A DNA stretch of 62,862 nt, filler included, from Vannella sp. (lineage: Eukaryota), in NCBI GenBank assembly GCA_023345925.1. It is 7 parts of 7 records of this genome, joined end to end, with 100 filler letters (N's around TTAATTAATTAA, not from the genome) between each part and the next. Parts side by side here need not be neighbours in the genome. Positions count along the whole stretch, not along the records: positions 44,704 to 50,563 come from JAJQQN010000091.1; positions 50,664 to 57,131 come from JAJQQN010001154.1; positions 57,232 to 62,862 come from JAJQQN010000171.1; 4 more parts are not named here. The stretch is one strand, 5' to 3'. Numbering within the stretch: the stretch's first letter is position 1; each line of letters begins with the position of its first letter. The position numbers and the translations under genes are program-made. This document shows, in pieces, positions 47,331-58,223 of this stretch. The notes beneath the pieces are model-generated. The model was given only the letters and a program-made list of their open reading frames with translations, did no database searches and was not told where the DNA came from.

Positions 47331-48858
47331 CTATCTAAGCTCCAGAGTATCCTTTAGTTCCATTAGTAAGATCATTGGAAGAACTTGACAATATACGAAC
47401 CTCATTGCACACGTCAAGCTCCTCCAAAGTGAGATCCTCTTCAAGCCGAAGTCCAGATCTTCGGTAAAGACCAACATTGGCAGATTCCATGCCCTGGTTC
47501 CTACAGACACGCTCAATCACATCGAAAGTGAATGTGGCTTTGGGGAACTTCATCGTCTTGACAATGCCAGTCTTCCCCAGCACAATCTTCACAATCACAT
47601 CCGCCCCTGCTGGCTTGGCAGATGGCGAAGGAGTCCCTTCACGTAGAGCCAGTTTCTCTTGCCATGCAATGACCTTCGACTGTCTGGCAGCCATAACGTT
47701 CCTGCCACCTTCATCCGTAGAGTACTTTCTGGGTATACTTGAGGATGGAGGAGGAGTTGGCGGTGGCCGCGAAACGACAGTACTGGAGCGCGGCTTGACG
47801 ACAGGGGGATTGATGCCAGCTAAGTTGGGAGCACCAGCTCTTGAAGGTGGAAGGGGAGCACCTCTACGTGGAGGAGTTCCTGTTCCAGGGGAGGCTGGCC
47901 TTGCGGCTGGGCGACTTGGCATCTGTGGCAAAGGCTCCTGAGCAGGTCCTCTTGCTTGAGGTTTTTGTGAGCGCGCTGTTGGAGCAGGACGACGAGTCCC
48001 CCGAGTTCCTGCTGGAGTTCCACGCCCTCTTTCTGTACTGACAGCCTTGGGCTCAACTGGAGCTGCACTTGGAGAGTTCTTCACTCCCTTCCGCCCATTC
48101 CTCTCCAAGTTTGACTTGGCCGATTCAGCTCTCGCCTGGGCAATGATGTCTGCCAGTCCGTCTGCCAAGAAGCCACCATTGGGAGGTCAGGAGGAGCTCT
48201 GGCTGCCTCTGAAGCAGCTACCTTCGCTGCAATGACTGCATCAGGAATGCCTTTGGCGTGGCTGACTTTCAGTGAGGACACCGCATTCAGGGAGGTTGTT
48301 TCTCTGTCGAGATGGACCATGCAGATGTCTATCTTACGGTAGAACTTCGTGCACTCTGCCTTGTCCTTGAAGTAGAGTCTGACAGGGCGGTTCTCGCATT
48401 GGAAGCTCACGCAGCCTTCTCCTTCGTACGTTACTGTTAGATTGGGGTGTAGCTGTTGCTCTAACAGTGTGGCGTGGAGAGGAGAGAAGGCACTGAGGTC
48501 GATACTGCGAATAAAGTGGCAATTGATGCCCTTCAGGTTGCGCTCGGTGCTGATAGCGGTCCCACAAAAGCCGTAGTCCCTTCCTGCTGCACACAACTTG
48601 GTGATACCCATAGCCTGTATCTAGAGAAGAAGCCGTCAGCCTACCAAATGACAAGCGAAGGAGAGAGAGCCGCACCTTTGAACCTTCCAGAGCAGAGATC
48701 ATCCAATTGATCTCCTCACGCGAGAGAGTGCTCTTCGTCGCCAACAGATCCTTCACACTGATACCATTGACAGAGAACTCCAATTTGCTCGCCTCGTACT
48801 GCCCATTGATGGCAGAAGGGTTCGCCGCGCCCAACTGGTCCGCGTGAATGTCGTCCAT
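47331..48858 (-). CDS. WH1/EVH1 domain, proline-rich region and talin-F0-like ubiquitin fold (one gene with an unresolved frame break near 48180, or two genes)
   Basis: HFIRSIDL....LLEQQL..N..Y......F..E....LYF....EC.KF (WH1), and VKI......VKTMKF...T..FD.......GLY...G..LE....L....DTLE (F0-like). Confidence 0.6.
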
Positions 48859-49191
48859 CCAAAGAATGGGCCAAATCACCCGCTTTGAGCCCTCATAATC
48901 ATAAACAATACAATGAAAGGAGTCCCAGCAAATGAGAGTGAAAGGGAGGGCTGGGTGAAGGAGTGCACACGAGGTAGCTCATGTGCACGCTCTCTCATTC
49001 AGCTCAAGAGTTCTCACGCTGGGAGTAAGCTTTTCTTACTGTCTTGGATCTGCAGAGGATTGGTAGGTGGAGACGAAGAGGTTTGATTACGTGTGACTGA
49101 GAACTCAAGGCTGTTTAGTAACTTTCCCTGCAGGTCTGGAATCGGACTGGTAGTAAGGTTTCTCCGTCTCAGCACTTAGCCAGTGGAGCGC

Positions 49192-50563
49192 TCAGGAACT
49201 CAAGTGGGGCGCAGTAGGTGAGGAAGGAATCAGCCAAAGAGAAGCGATTGGAGTTGAAGGCAAAAAGCGGGATCTTGTGAGAGCTCTTCGAGGGCACATT
49301 CTCTCACTTTTGGGAAGTTTAGGTTCTGTCAAATGGGTAAGAGGGGAGTATAAGCACTTACTGAGCTGTGGTGTGATGAGATGGAACTGAACGAGAGGGT
49401 TGTGACCTTGCCCTAGACCAAGGGCATCGTGAGGAGGGATGTAATCAGCCCGGAATCGCCCTTCTAGGTACTTTTGACTCATCCAAGCTTCCCTTTCTTT
49501 GCGTGACGATGAGCTTGTGGCTCGTGCAGTGTTAGAGGGGACGTTATGCTCCCAAATTTCGATGCTTCGGGTGTTTCCCATCCGTTCCATGCCATCCACG
49601 AGCTCCTTGGTCCATCGGTCCAACCGTACCGACCTCACTTGTGATATGTGAGTCCCAAAGGAGCGATGAACACCAGAGCACTGCAAACAAATGAAGGTAC
49701 CAAGGTTAGTAGACGCCCAATCCGGTCCAGCAGCACCACAATCGACACAGAAAGGATTAAGAGATGCTAGTCCTTGTACTTTGGTCATGAGATCCAGGTC
49801 TGGAGAGGTTTCCTGGTCCCGTAAGTCAGCCAAGTGAAGCAAAGCAGCAAGCTGACCCACATTCTGTGATACGTTGGGGGCACTGATAGCATGAGGCTCT
49901 CGAATACTATCATTCTCAATAGAACTGAGCACAAGCCTCTCTGAAGTCTCCATGACCGCCTTCATCCACTCCTCCGCGGTCTCTTTCTCGCCCAATCCAT
50001 CGAAGAAGTAGCTTTCAAGAGCGTCAATGGTGCTTTCAAAGAGAGCTAGATAGCCACTTACGTAGCAGACGAGGTAATGATCTCAAAGGAGCCCGCTTTG
50101 TAGGGCTTCACCGCAGCGTAGTTCAAATCTATCTCGAATAGCACCTCAGACTGGGTCTGGTGAGTCACTTGGTGATTCAGATGAGAGGCAACGAACCATT
50201 ACGTCTTTGTAACACCGGAGAGTGTCTCCAAGAGCTAACCAGCGCCGATGCCACTTCTTTGTGCCCTTCTCCTTCACTCTAAGGAAGCCTTCCTTGCTGG
50301 TAGTCAGCAGAAACTCCTCTGATCTTGAAGACGAGACACTGGACTTCTTCCGTAGACGTAGCAGTAACAGGGCATCACCAGGCAGAGAGTTATGTTGATG
50401 CTTCTTTTGCCTAAAGGAGCTCTTCCTCTGCGCTGGTATGCGTTGATCTTGTGAGACTCTCAGCGTACATTCCTCTGCAGAAGACTTCCGCTCAACCCCA
50501 AGAAGAACCCCTTTAGACAGAGAATCTCCCAACAATCCGCCCTTTCCCTCCTCCCCCGCCTCG
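49192..50563 (-). CDS. PH domain plus ArfGAP protein (centaurin/ACAP-like), 5' truncated
   Basis: KEGFL......KKWHRRW..L and EEWMKAV (PH); CVDCGAAGPDWASTNLGTFICLQCSGVHRSFGTHISQVRS..LD.W (ArfGAP). Confidence 0.92.
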
Positions 50564-50663
50564 NNNNNNNNNNNNNNNNNNNNNNNNNNNNNNNNNNNNN
50601 NNNNNNNTTAATTAATTAANNNNNNNNNNNNNNNNNNNNNNNNNNNNNNNNNNNNNNNNNNNN
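50564..50663. other. artificial contig spacer
   Basis: N44-TTAATTAATTAA-N44. Confidence 0.99.
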
Positions 50664-50837
50664 CCTCTTCCTCTTCTTCATCATCTTGATGGAGAGTCCT
50701 TCCCCTTCCCAGAAACAGAAAGAAAAGGGCTGATGGATCAGTCACTTACGAGCTAAAAGCATCCCCATTATGGTGAGTTCTTCTCCTTCTCCTCTTCCTC
50801 TTCTTCATCATCTTGATGGAGAGTCCTTCCCCTTCCC
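50664..50837. repeat. 47-bp direct repeat (50664-50710 and ~50791-50837) at the contig start, inside a small minus-strand gene fragment
   Basis: CCTCTTCCTCTTCTTCATCATCTTGATGGAGAGTCCTTCCCCTTCCC occurs twice. Confidence 0.9.
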
Positions 50838-51195
50838 TGCCAAAAGAGTCGCAGTAGGAGGGGAAAGGATCGTAAGAACGCACCTGGTTGAGGGCATCTG
50901 GGTGGGCTTCCAAGAAGGCCCGAACTGTGGGTACACTCAGAGAGAGGATAGCGTCGCGGTGGGCTGCGGAGCCGGACATGCAGAAATGCTTGGTCTGCCC
51001 ATTCTTCACTTCCCCACTTCCCGAAGAAGAAGGGAAAAGGGACTTTCAGGCAGCTTTAATTAATATTTTGGAGTTCTTCTCGTTATATTGCTTCATTTGG
51101 CTTTGGTAGCTTCGGGGAGAGTGGCTTCCCCTCCCAGTCGGACCACCAAGTGCTGTACAGAAAGGTGTTTATTCCCTCCTCACCACCTGCAACGT

Positions 51196-51853
51196 ATGGA
51201 CTTTGCACTTCTCCCACGCGTTGGGCAGACTTCCCCATCGCGTGCTTGCTTGCTGGCGGGTCGTGGTTCTACCTGCAGGTTGGCATTTTTGGTGTCAGAA
51301 TGTTGTGTCTATCACCCTGGAGGATGTCAAGGCGGAGGTGAGAACCAAGCACTCTCCTACTCCTCTCCATCTCTTCTTATGAGCAACCACGATGTCCTAT
51401 CTCCTCTAATACAAGAAGAAGAGAGTGTTTGGGTCACACACCCTCAAGATCCAGCGCTTTTGAAGCGATCAACAAGGGTCTACCAGAGATGCGGTGTTCC
51501 CTCCTACCCTCATGCCTGCCACTGTCCTTCATCTCCTCTCACATTTATGTTCTAGTTTGGAAGCAGTTCAGAGAACCACAACGAAGAATGACGATCCCTG
51601 GCCATCCTCACTGAGAAGGACATCTCAACAGAACGTCGATGGTGGCAGTGTAAAGGGGCCCTCCATGACTCGAGTAACATCAAACCCAGGAAAACATCAA
51701 CGCCATGCATCAGTTACCTCCACAGTCTTGGCTGAGAAGGTGGCAAGCAAGAAGAGAGAATGTTGGTCCTTCGGAAGTGCTGACTGGCTTGACTTGGCTT
51801 CTTTTCGCCTGTCTGCAACCATCCCTGACTTGCAGGGTCATAAGAACGTCTAA
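51196..51853 (+). CDS. possible small spliced hypothetical gene
   Basis: Several intron-like GT..pyrimidine-rich..AG segments, but no clear frame or family. Confidence 0.25.
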
Positions 51854-51984
51854 AGAATGAGGTTTTACACATTGGAGTCATTCGAGGCCAGAGAAGCAAG
51901 AAAAGGCGCGAATCGATGGCGGTTGGGCGGGTTGCAGTTTGGAGGTATTTCTAAAGCGTCTGGACCCCCATTGAGGCGGTAACG

Positions 51985-54900
51985 ATGAAGGACCACTTGA
52001 CTTCTGGCTTGTATGAGCTTGCAGCGCGCATAAGCGGCCCCAGTGTGACGAGTAAAGGCGTGTTTGGTCTAGAAGCGCTTGGTAAGCCGGCTGGGAGTTG
52101 ATGGAGTGTTACTGATGGCTCAGGTGAATGATAGACTCGCTTGTTGATCTCCATAAGATCGTCAGAGAGGATCTGCAGACATTGGAGCACCCGGCAACCA
52201 AGAAGTTGGACGCCTGGGGCTTTGTAGCAAAGGATCTGCTCCCATTACTTCGTTCTCTCCCTTCTGTCTCTCAAATCTATCGTGAGAACAACCGATCAGC
52301 CCAGAAGGTGCTCCGCTATGTTCGTACGTGACAGTTCTTGCGGTTTTGTCGCTCCATCTCACAAACCGGGCCGTTTCTAGTGCGTTTGTTGGTCCTGTTG
52401 ACGAACCCCATTCCAAGGGATATTGAAGACATCAAAGAAGAGCGCTCTGCACGTCAGGGAAACGTTTTGGCTCAGGACCAGCGCGCCAGGACGATCAAGT
52501 CCTTACTGTGTGACAAAGAGCTGCTCAGCATCATCTGTGTGTTCTTTCAACGAGCATGCCTTCTACCAGCCTCTCAGAGAAGCAACGATGACGTTGCCAC
52601 AATCGACCTGACCCTCGTCATCGTTGGCAATCTCCTCCGAGTACCCGACCAGCAGCCAGCTGGGGCCAGCCGAGGTATTTCATCCAACCAGCATCTGCAA
52701 CAGCTCCATGTAGACTTTGTGAGCGCCCTCCATGAGTCCCGGATGCTCGATTCTTTCCTCTTTCTGTTCAAGTTGACTTCGACCCGAGTCAACAAGCAGC
52801 ATCAAATGTGGAATCTTCGCGCTCTGGCCTTCTTCCGGTTGCTATTCAAGGACCAAGATGCTGTTCTGCTCCTGATTCAACCCAGCGAGAAGCTCCATCC
52901 CGCTTTACCCGCTTCTTTGATGGACTTTGCGAGCGCAATTCAAAAGGAGAAGACCCAGAACAAGATTCTGAAGCAGCATGTAGCTCTGGCCGGTCGTCAT
53001 CCCCGATTTGGTGGTACCTTTATGGTCAGAGACTCGGCTGGACGGTCCAAAGGAAGCTTGCACCGTTTGGTCGAACAAGTTGACACTCAAGTGAAGATGT
53101 GCCGAGACCCCCAGCCTTTGGAAGAGAACTCTCGAGGTAAAGCGTATCGTCCCCGCTCTAAGAAGCCAGGAATGGCTCTCAGCATGCGCAGCAGTCACAA
53201 TGAAGGAGCCACTGCCACTCTTCGGCACACACCGGAATCGCGTCGGCTGTTCTGTACGCTGGCTCTCTCCGTGTTACAACAGTTGTACGGAACATTGGTT
53301 CATCGCATTCAGTCAGAAATGGACTCCCAAGGGAGTACCGCTGCTTGTGAGCTGTTGGAAAGTGATTTTGAGAACTTCTTGTGGTTCACCTCCTTCTTTA
53401 CCTCTTTCTTCTTCTACTACAGCTCCCAACGGGCGTCAGACTCATTCCTACAATCTTTGACGACCCGTTCTATCCTAGCTACAGAGCAGAAGCTCCTTTC
53501 CATCAGACATCTTCTCGCGGCTAACTCTCGTGCTGGTGCTGGTCCTTCTGATAGCGATGAAGAAGCCGATGAAGACTACGTTATCTATGATGCAGACGAG
53601 GAAGCCAAACCTCGCCACGATGTGCCATTGGAGCTTGATGACTTGATGGACTTGGCAGCCCTTTCTGGGTCAGAGAGCGAAAATGAGGAGGATTTGGTTC
53701 CTTCTAATCCTTTGAAGGCGTTTACTATCAATGCTTCAATCATGCCTGCCTCCGTCACTGCTCAATCTGCTCTCCCTGAGGCAAATCAGATATCAGAGCC
53801 AGACACTTTCAGTGAGACTCCTCTTTTCTCGTCTCTCGAGGAGCATTGCTTGGACTCAGCCACACTTCCGTTGTATCTTGAAGAGGAGCAAGTGCCTGAC
53901 GAGCCTATTCAATCCCCAGAACAACCAATGAGGGAGCTAACAAGTGATGTTGAGATGGAAGAAAGAGAACCTGCCGTTGTGCCTGAAACTCTGCCCCTCG
54001 ATTTTATCGAGGAATGTGAAGAAGAGATGCCTGATTCTACTCCCACTGCGGCGCTTTCCAGCCCTGTTTCAGAGAGCAATGTCAATAGTGACTTGGTGGA
54101 AACTGGAGGAGAAGGAGCTGTACTTGAGAAGGAGGATCCAGCTACTCTCCCCTTGGCAATGGAAACATGTTTGCAGGACTCTCTTGCCTTGGAAGAGGAT
54201 AACCTGATAGCTTCTACGGTCGAGGAACCTGCGGTGGAAGAATCCTTGGGAGTAGACGCGAAGGAAGGAGACGAGCTCCCCTCTATCTCAAAGGAACAGC
54301 TACAAAAGACCTGGTGGGATGCTCTGGCAGACACCCCAGACGATGTCAGCCCCGCCAGTGACGAGGCCAACCTCCGTGCCATGCAATCCACCGTCAGCAA
54401 GAGCGCGTTCCTCTTCCTGACTCGCCGTATCAGTGACTACCGAGAAGAGAAGAACTACAACAGCCTCCAGACGTCCATCACTTGCCTGCGTTCGTACATG
54501 CTCATGATTGACAGTCTTTTCCGATCCAAAGTTCCCGCCCTTTCCAAGGGCGCTCGCCAACTACTCTCTGCGATCTTCTTTGACCGAGAGCGCTTCTTCA
54601 TGGATCTCCTTCCTGCGCTCCTTCGCGAGTACTCACCAAGGCACATTCCTCTTCGCAAGCCCTATTTGGCCCATCTCTTGGAGTGTATCCATCTGACACT
54701 CCGTTTGATGCATGCATTAAGTGAGGAAGGTGTTATCTTCACTCTGGCAAAGACAACCAGGGCTACCAAACGACTTGACGAAGAGAACGACGATGACGAC
54801 GCAATGAATCCCGCTGATGTCGAAGGAGCAGACCAGGAAGTGTTGGAAGTGGCTAGTTATAGCAAGCTCTTCATCCATCGAGAGAGCGTTCACAACCTCT

Positions 54901-56477
54901 GCTTCCTTCTGGACACTTATTGGACTAACAGCGCCAACACGAATCACCATTTGGCCAAACTCCTCCTCCGTCTGGCCTCTGAGCACCAGCATGAGTTCAT
55001 GTTCTACAGGTTGAGTGTCTTCCGCGTCTTTGAGCGCTTCCTCCAGGACTCCCGGACCACCAAAGACGCTCGTTTCCGCGAACTCCGCGACATTACCTCG
55101 TGGATTGTCCGCCGCTTCTACCAGGCCAGTCAGAAGGCTCCAGCACTCTTCATGGCACTTCTATTTGCCAACAGCGCCTCGCAATGGCGCTCGTACTTGC
55201 GCCAAGTCTCCCTTTTGGTCGGTCAAGAGAGCGAAGATGAAGAGGAGGAGAACGAGGAGGCTCCTGATGGTGACTACGTAGCTCCTCGAGCACCTGTTGT
55301 ACTGTCTGGTCAGCATCAGCAGAGAGTGGTGGTCGATGGGGCCATCCAAGTCTTCACTTGGGACGCTTCAAAGGAGTCTCTGACTCGCGATTGGACTGTG
55401 GAGGAGGACGGGGAGCTCCTGGGACTCTTAGATGACTATCAGGACGCCACGACCACCAGCAACCCGTTCCTGTTCTTGCAGTCCATGTTGGAGGTTGGAC
55501 CAGCTAGTGTTTCACTTTCGGAGGCGCAAATTGCCTTCCGCTTGGTCGCGCTGTCCAAGTTTACCATCGCCAAGGCTAAAGAACAAGCGCCCCATCTGTT
55601 TGCTAAGGAGAGAGCTCCATTGGCAAAGGATCGAGTGGCTCCCGAGAACACCCGGCGGGTTCGTCCCACAGAAAGGACCAAACCTCCGAGAATGGCTGAG
55701 CTTCTTCGCAATCTGGATGACTCTGAGGATGAGGAGACTCCATCAGTGTGGGTCAACAAGCCTATATCCAACCCAGCGACCAACTCGACCCAAAAGAAGA
55801 CCCGGACCAAAGCTAACAAGCCCAGTAGAGGATCCTCGAAGAGTCCCAAGCGATCTAAGAAGCGTTCACGTCGTGCCGCACAGCTTGACAACTCGGATGA
55901 CTCACAACAAAGCGAAGAGGATGAGCAGCCAAGGAGAAAGAAGTCCAGACTCATCCGCAACTCCTCGCCCATCGTGAAACCCTCCAAAGTGAGCCGTTCT
56001 GCTGCTTTGGTTGAATTCTCGAGTGATGATGAAATGGAGCAACACCTTACTGTGGTAGAGAAGCCCAAGAAGAAGCGCAGGAAACACAGGGAGTCAAAGA
56101 ATACCTCTCGCTCGCCCTCTCCCTCTCGAAAACAGCCTGCCAAGTCACCAGTTAAGAGAGCTGTCATACCCACTAAGAAGACGACCAAAGCACCCATTCA
56201 AACGTCTCCTCTATCACCTCCAAAGCCCACCATGACAAGAAAGAAGCTCACCAAACCCAACCGTGTTAGTGACTTGGAGGCCGAGAGCTCCTCTGACCTG
56301 CCAGTTGCACCTTCCCTCGATCTCCACTTCACCCAAGAGAGAGAAGACAGCAGTGAAGGGGAAATCATCTGCGCCTTAAGCGAGGACTCGAACGAGATTC
56401 TCTGTACGCTGGAATGTGACTCCAGTGAAGCCTCCAGCGAGCTGCTGATTGATCTTAGTGATTGTGATTCACAGTAA
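51985..56477 (+). CDS. TIMELESS: Timeless/Tof1 replication fork protection protein, 3 exons
   Basis: L.DL.KIVRED......L..W..V.KDLLPLL, LVRLLV.LT.P, RHPRFGGTF, YL..L.E..H..LR, L..Y..NS...NH...K.L.R....MFYRLS.F..F. Confidence 0.88.
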
Positions 56478-56545
56478 TACACTTTCCTTTGCTCTCCTCT
56501 TCCCTCCTCCTGAAGGGGCTTGAAAGGTCACTTTTTGTTGTCCCG

Positions 56546-57131
56546 ATGGCGCTTACAGCGGCTGAGTTGGACACCTTGCATGACGAGAAGAAGTTCTTAG
56601 AGCTGTTTGATGCTCTCCACACTCTGGTGGAGGGAGAGGGCAAGAGCACGGACGTCAATCTGGTTTGGCGCTTCGCAAGAGCTCACTTTGACAAGTCCCA
56701 GGAGCTTCCTGAGGGGGACAAGAACCGTGAGGTGCTTATCAATGAAGGGCGAGTGTGGGCAGAGAAGGCTGTGGCTCTGGATGACGGCAGCTTTGGTGCA
56801 CACAAGTGGTTTGCTATCCTCCTCTCCGCACAGGTACGTTGGGGTCTCTGCTTTGGTCTCTCGGTACGAGAGACTCACCAGGATGTAGGGACAATACCTC
56901 TCTACGAAACAGAAGATCCAGGACGCCTTTGCTGTGAAGGAGCACGCTGATAAGGCACACGCCCTGAACCCAGAGGATGGGACAGTCCTCCACTTCCTCG
57001 GGCGCTTCTCCTTTACCATTGCCAGCATTGGTTGGGTTGAACGCAAGATTGCTGCGTCCTTTATCGCCTCTCCTCCCACTGCTACGTACGAGGAGACGTT
57101 AAAGTTCTTCCTCCAAGCCGAAGAGAAGCGC
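56546..57131 (+). CDS. RMDN: regulator of microtubule dynamics (RMDN/PTPIP51) TPR protein, 3' truncated
   Basis: WRFARA, AEKAVAL......HKWFAI, KEH..KA..LNP.D, W.ERKIA..F..PP.ATYEE.L.FF..AE. Confidence 0.92.
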
Positions 57132-57231
57132 NNNNNNNNNNNNNNNNNNNNNNNNNNNNNNNNNNNNNNNNNNNNTTAATTAATTAANNNNNNNNNNNNN
57201 NNNNNNNNNNNNNNNNNNNNNNNNNNNNNNN
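57132..57231. other. artificial contig spacer
   Basis: N44-TTAATTAATTAA-N44. Confidence 0.99.
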
Positions 57232-57232
57232 T

Positions 57233-57520
57233 CGCTTCTCCACTTGGAAGGGAAAGACTCTTCATTTGGAGGACCTCATTGTCCAACAGGATCAACGCGG
57301 ACACGGCATTGGCAACGCCCTTTTTGATCGTGTAATGATCCACGCGAAGACGCTGAACGTTGGAAGGGTTGAGTGGGTGGTCTTGGACTGGAATCAATCC
57401 GCCATTGACTTCTACGAGAAGAAGGGCGCTGTTCTTTTGAAGGATTGGCACCTCGCGCAAGTCTCTGCCCAGACCTTGGAATCGTATCAAATCAAGTCTG
57501 ATCCGGTTGTCCAACAATAA
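57233..57520 (+). CDS. SSAT-like GNAT (diamine N-acetyltransferase), 5' truncated
   Basis: FSTWKGKTLHLEDLIV....RGHGIG..L, W.VLDWN..AIDFY...GA....W. Confidence 0.9.
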   Translation, partial: RFSTWKGKTLHLEDLIVQQDQRGHGIGNALFDRVMIHAKTLNVGRVEWVVLDWNQSAIDFYEKKGAVLLKDWHLAQVSAQTLESYQIKSDPVVQQ

Positions 57521-57669
57521 ACTGCGATTCCTCGAGTTCAGATCCGCCTTCTTGCAGAGACAGGCTAGATGCTCTTGCCTGTAGCCACAAGGAGTCGGAT
57601 CTTCGCTCTCGGTTGGTGCACGTTGCTGGCGCGAGGTAAATTGAATAGGGAACCGGACCCTATGAGCTT

Positions 57670-58084
57670 TTATTGCTCGTCCTCCTCGTCGTCGGCAATG
57701 TTGAAGTACTTGATCTCGTACGTCTTCTTGTCAGTGGAGACGACACGGAGGAAGTCCCTCAGCTTTTGTCGCTTCAAGAACTTCTTGGTCAAGTACTTGA
57801 GGTATCTCTTGGAGAGGGGGATCTTGGAGTCAACGACAACGATGGTGTTGTTGCGGGAGACGGTGATGGATTCACCGAGAAGACCAGGCTTGTTGTTAAC
57901 CTTGATCTTTTCCTTCAAGAACTTCTCGAAAGAAGCAGGCTCCATGATGCCGTCCTTCACGGGGATGGCGCAGTCGATCTCGAAGTGAAGCTGAACCTTC
58001 TTGGCCTTCTTTTGGGTCTTGACAGCCTGTTCAACGGTGAGTGACTTTCTCATCACGCAGGGTTTGACCTACGGTGCGAACCAT
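57670..58084 (-). CDS. RPL22: 60S ribosomal protein eL22, 2 exons
   Basis: F.IDC..PV.DGIM....FE.FL...IKV, SKRYLKYLTKKFLK...LRD.LRVV. First exon encodes MVRT. Confidence 0.97.
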
Positions 58085-58223
58085 GTTTCGAGAGAGAGGT
58101 TGGGAGAAAAAGGGCCGACGAAAATTTTCGTGAAACAAACGACCTTTCTCTTACTTATCCCCATCATTTTCAAATGGGTATGATAAATGTTGTACAACAT
58201 TCATTTTAATTAAGAAGGGTGGG

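Noticed and set aside
50664..50837. 47-bp repeat as a mobile element terminus
   Set aside because: No transposase or target-site duplication; at a contig edge it is more likely a local exon duplication or assembly artefact.
11185..57231. Recurrent TTAATTAATTAA between N runs as a biological repeat, CRISPR or insertion site
   Set aside because: It is an identical 100-nt artificial linker with stops in all six frames.
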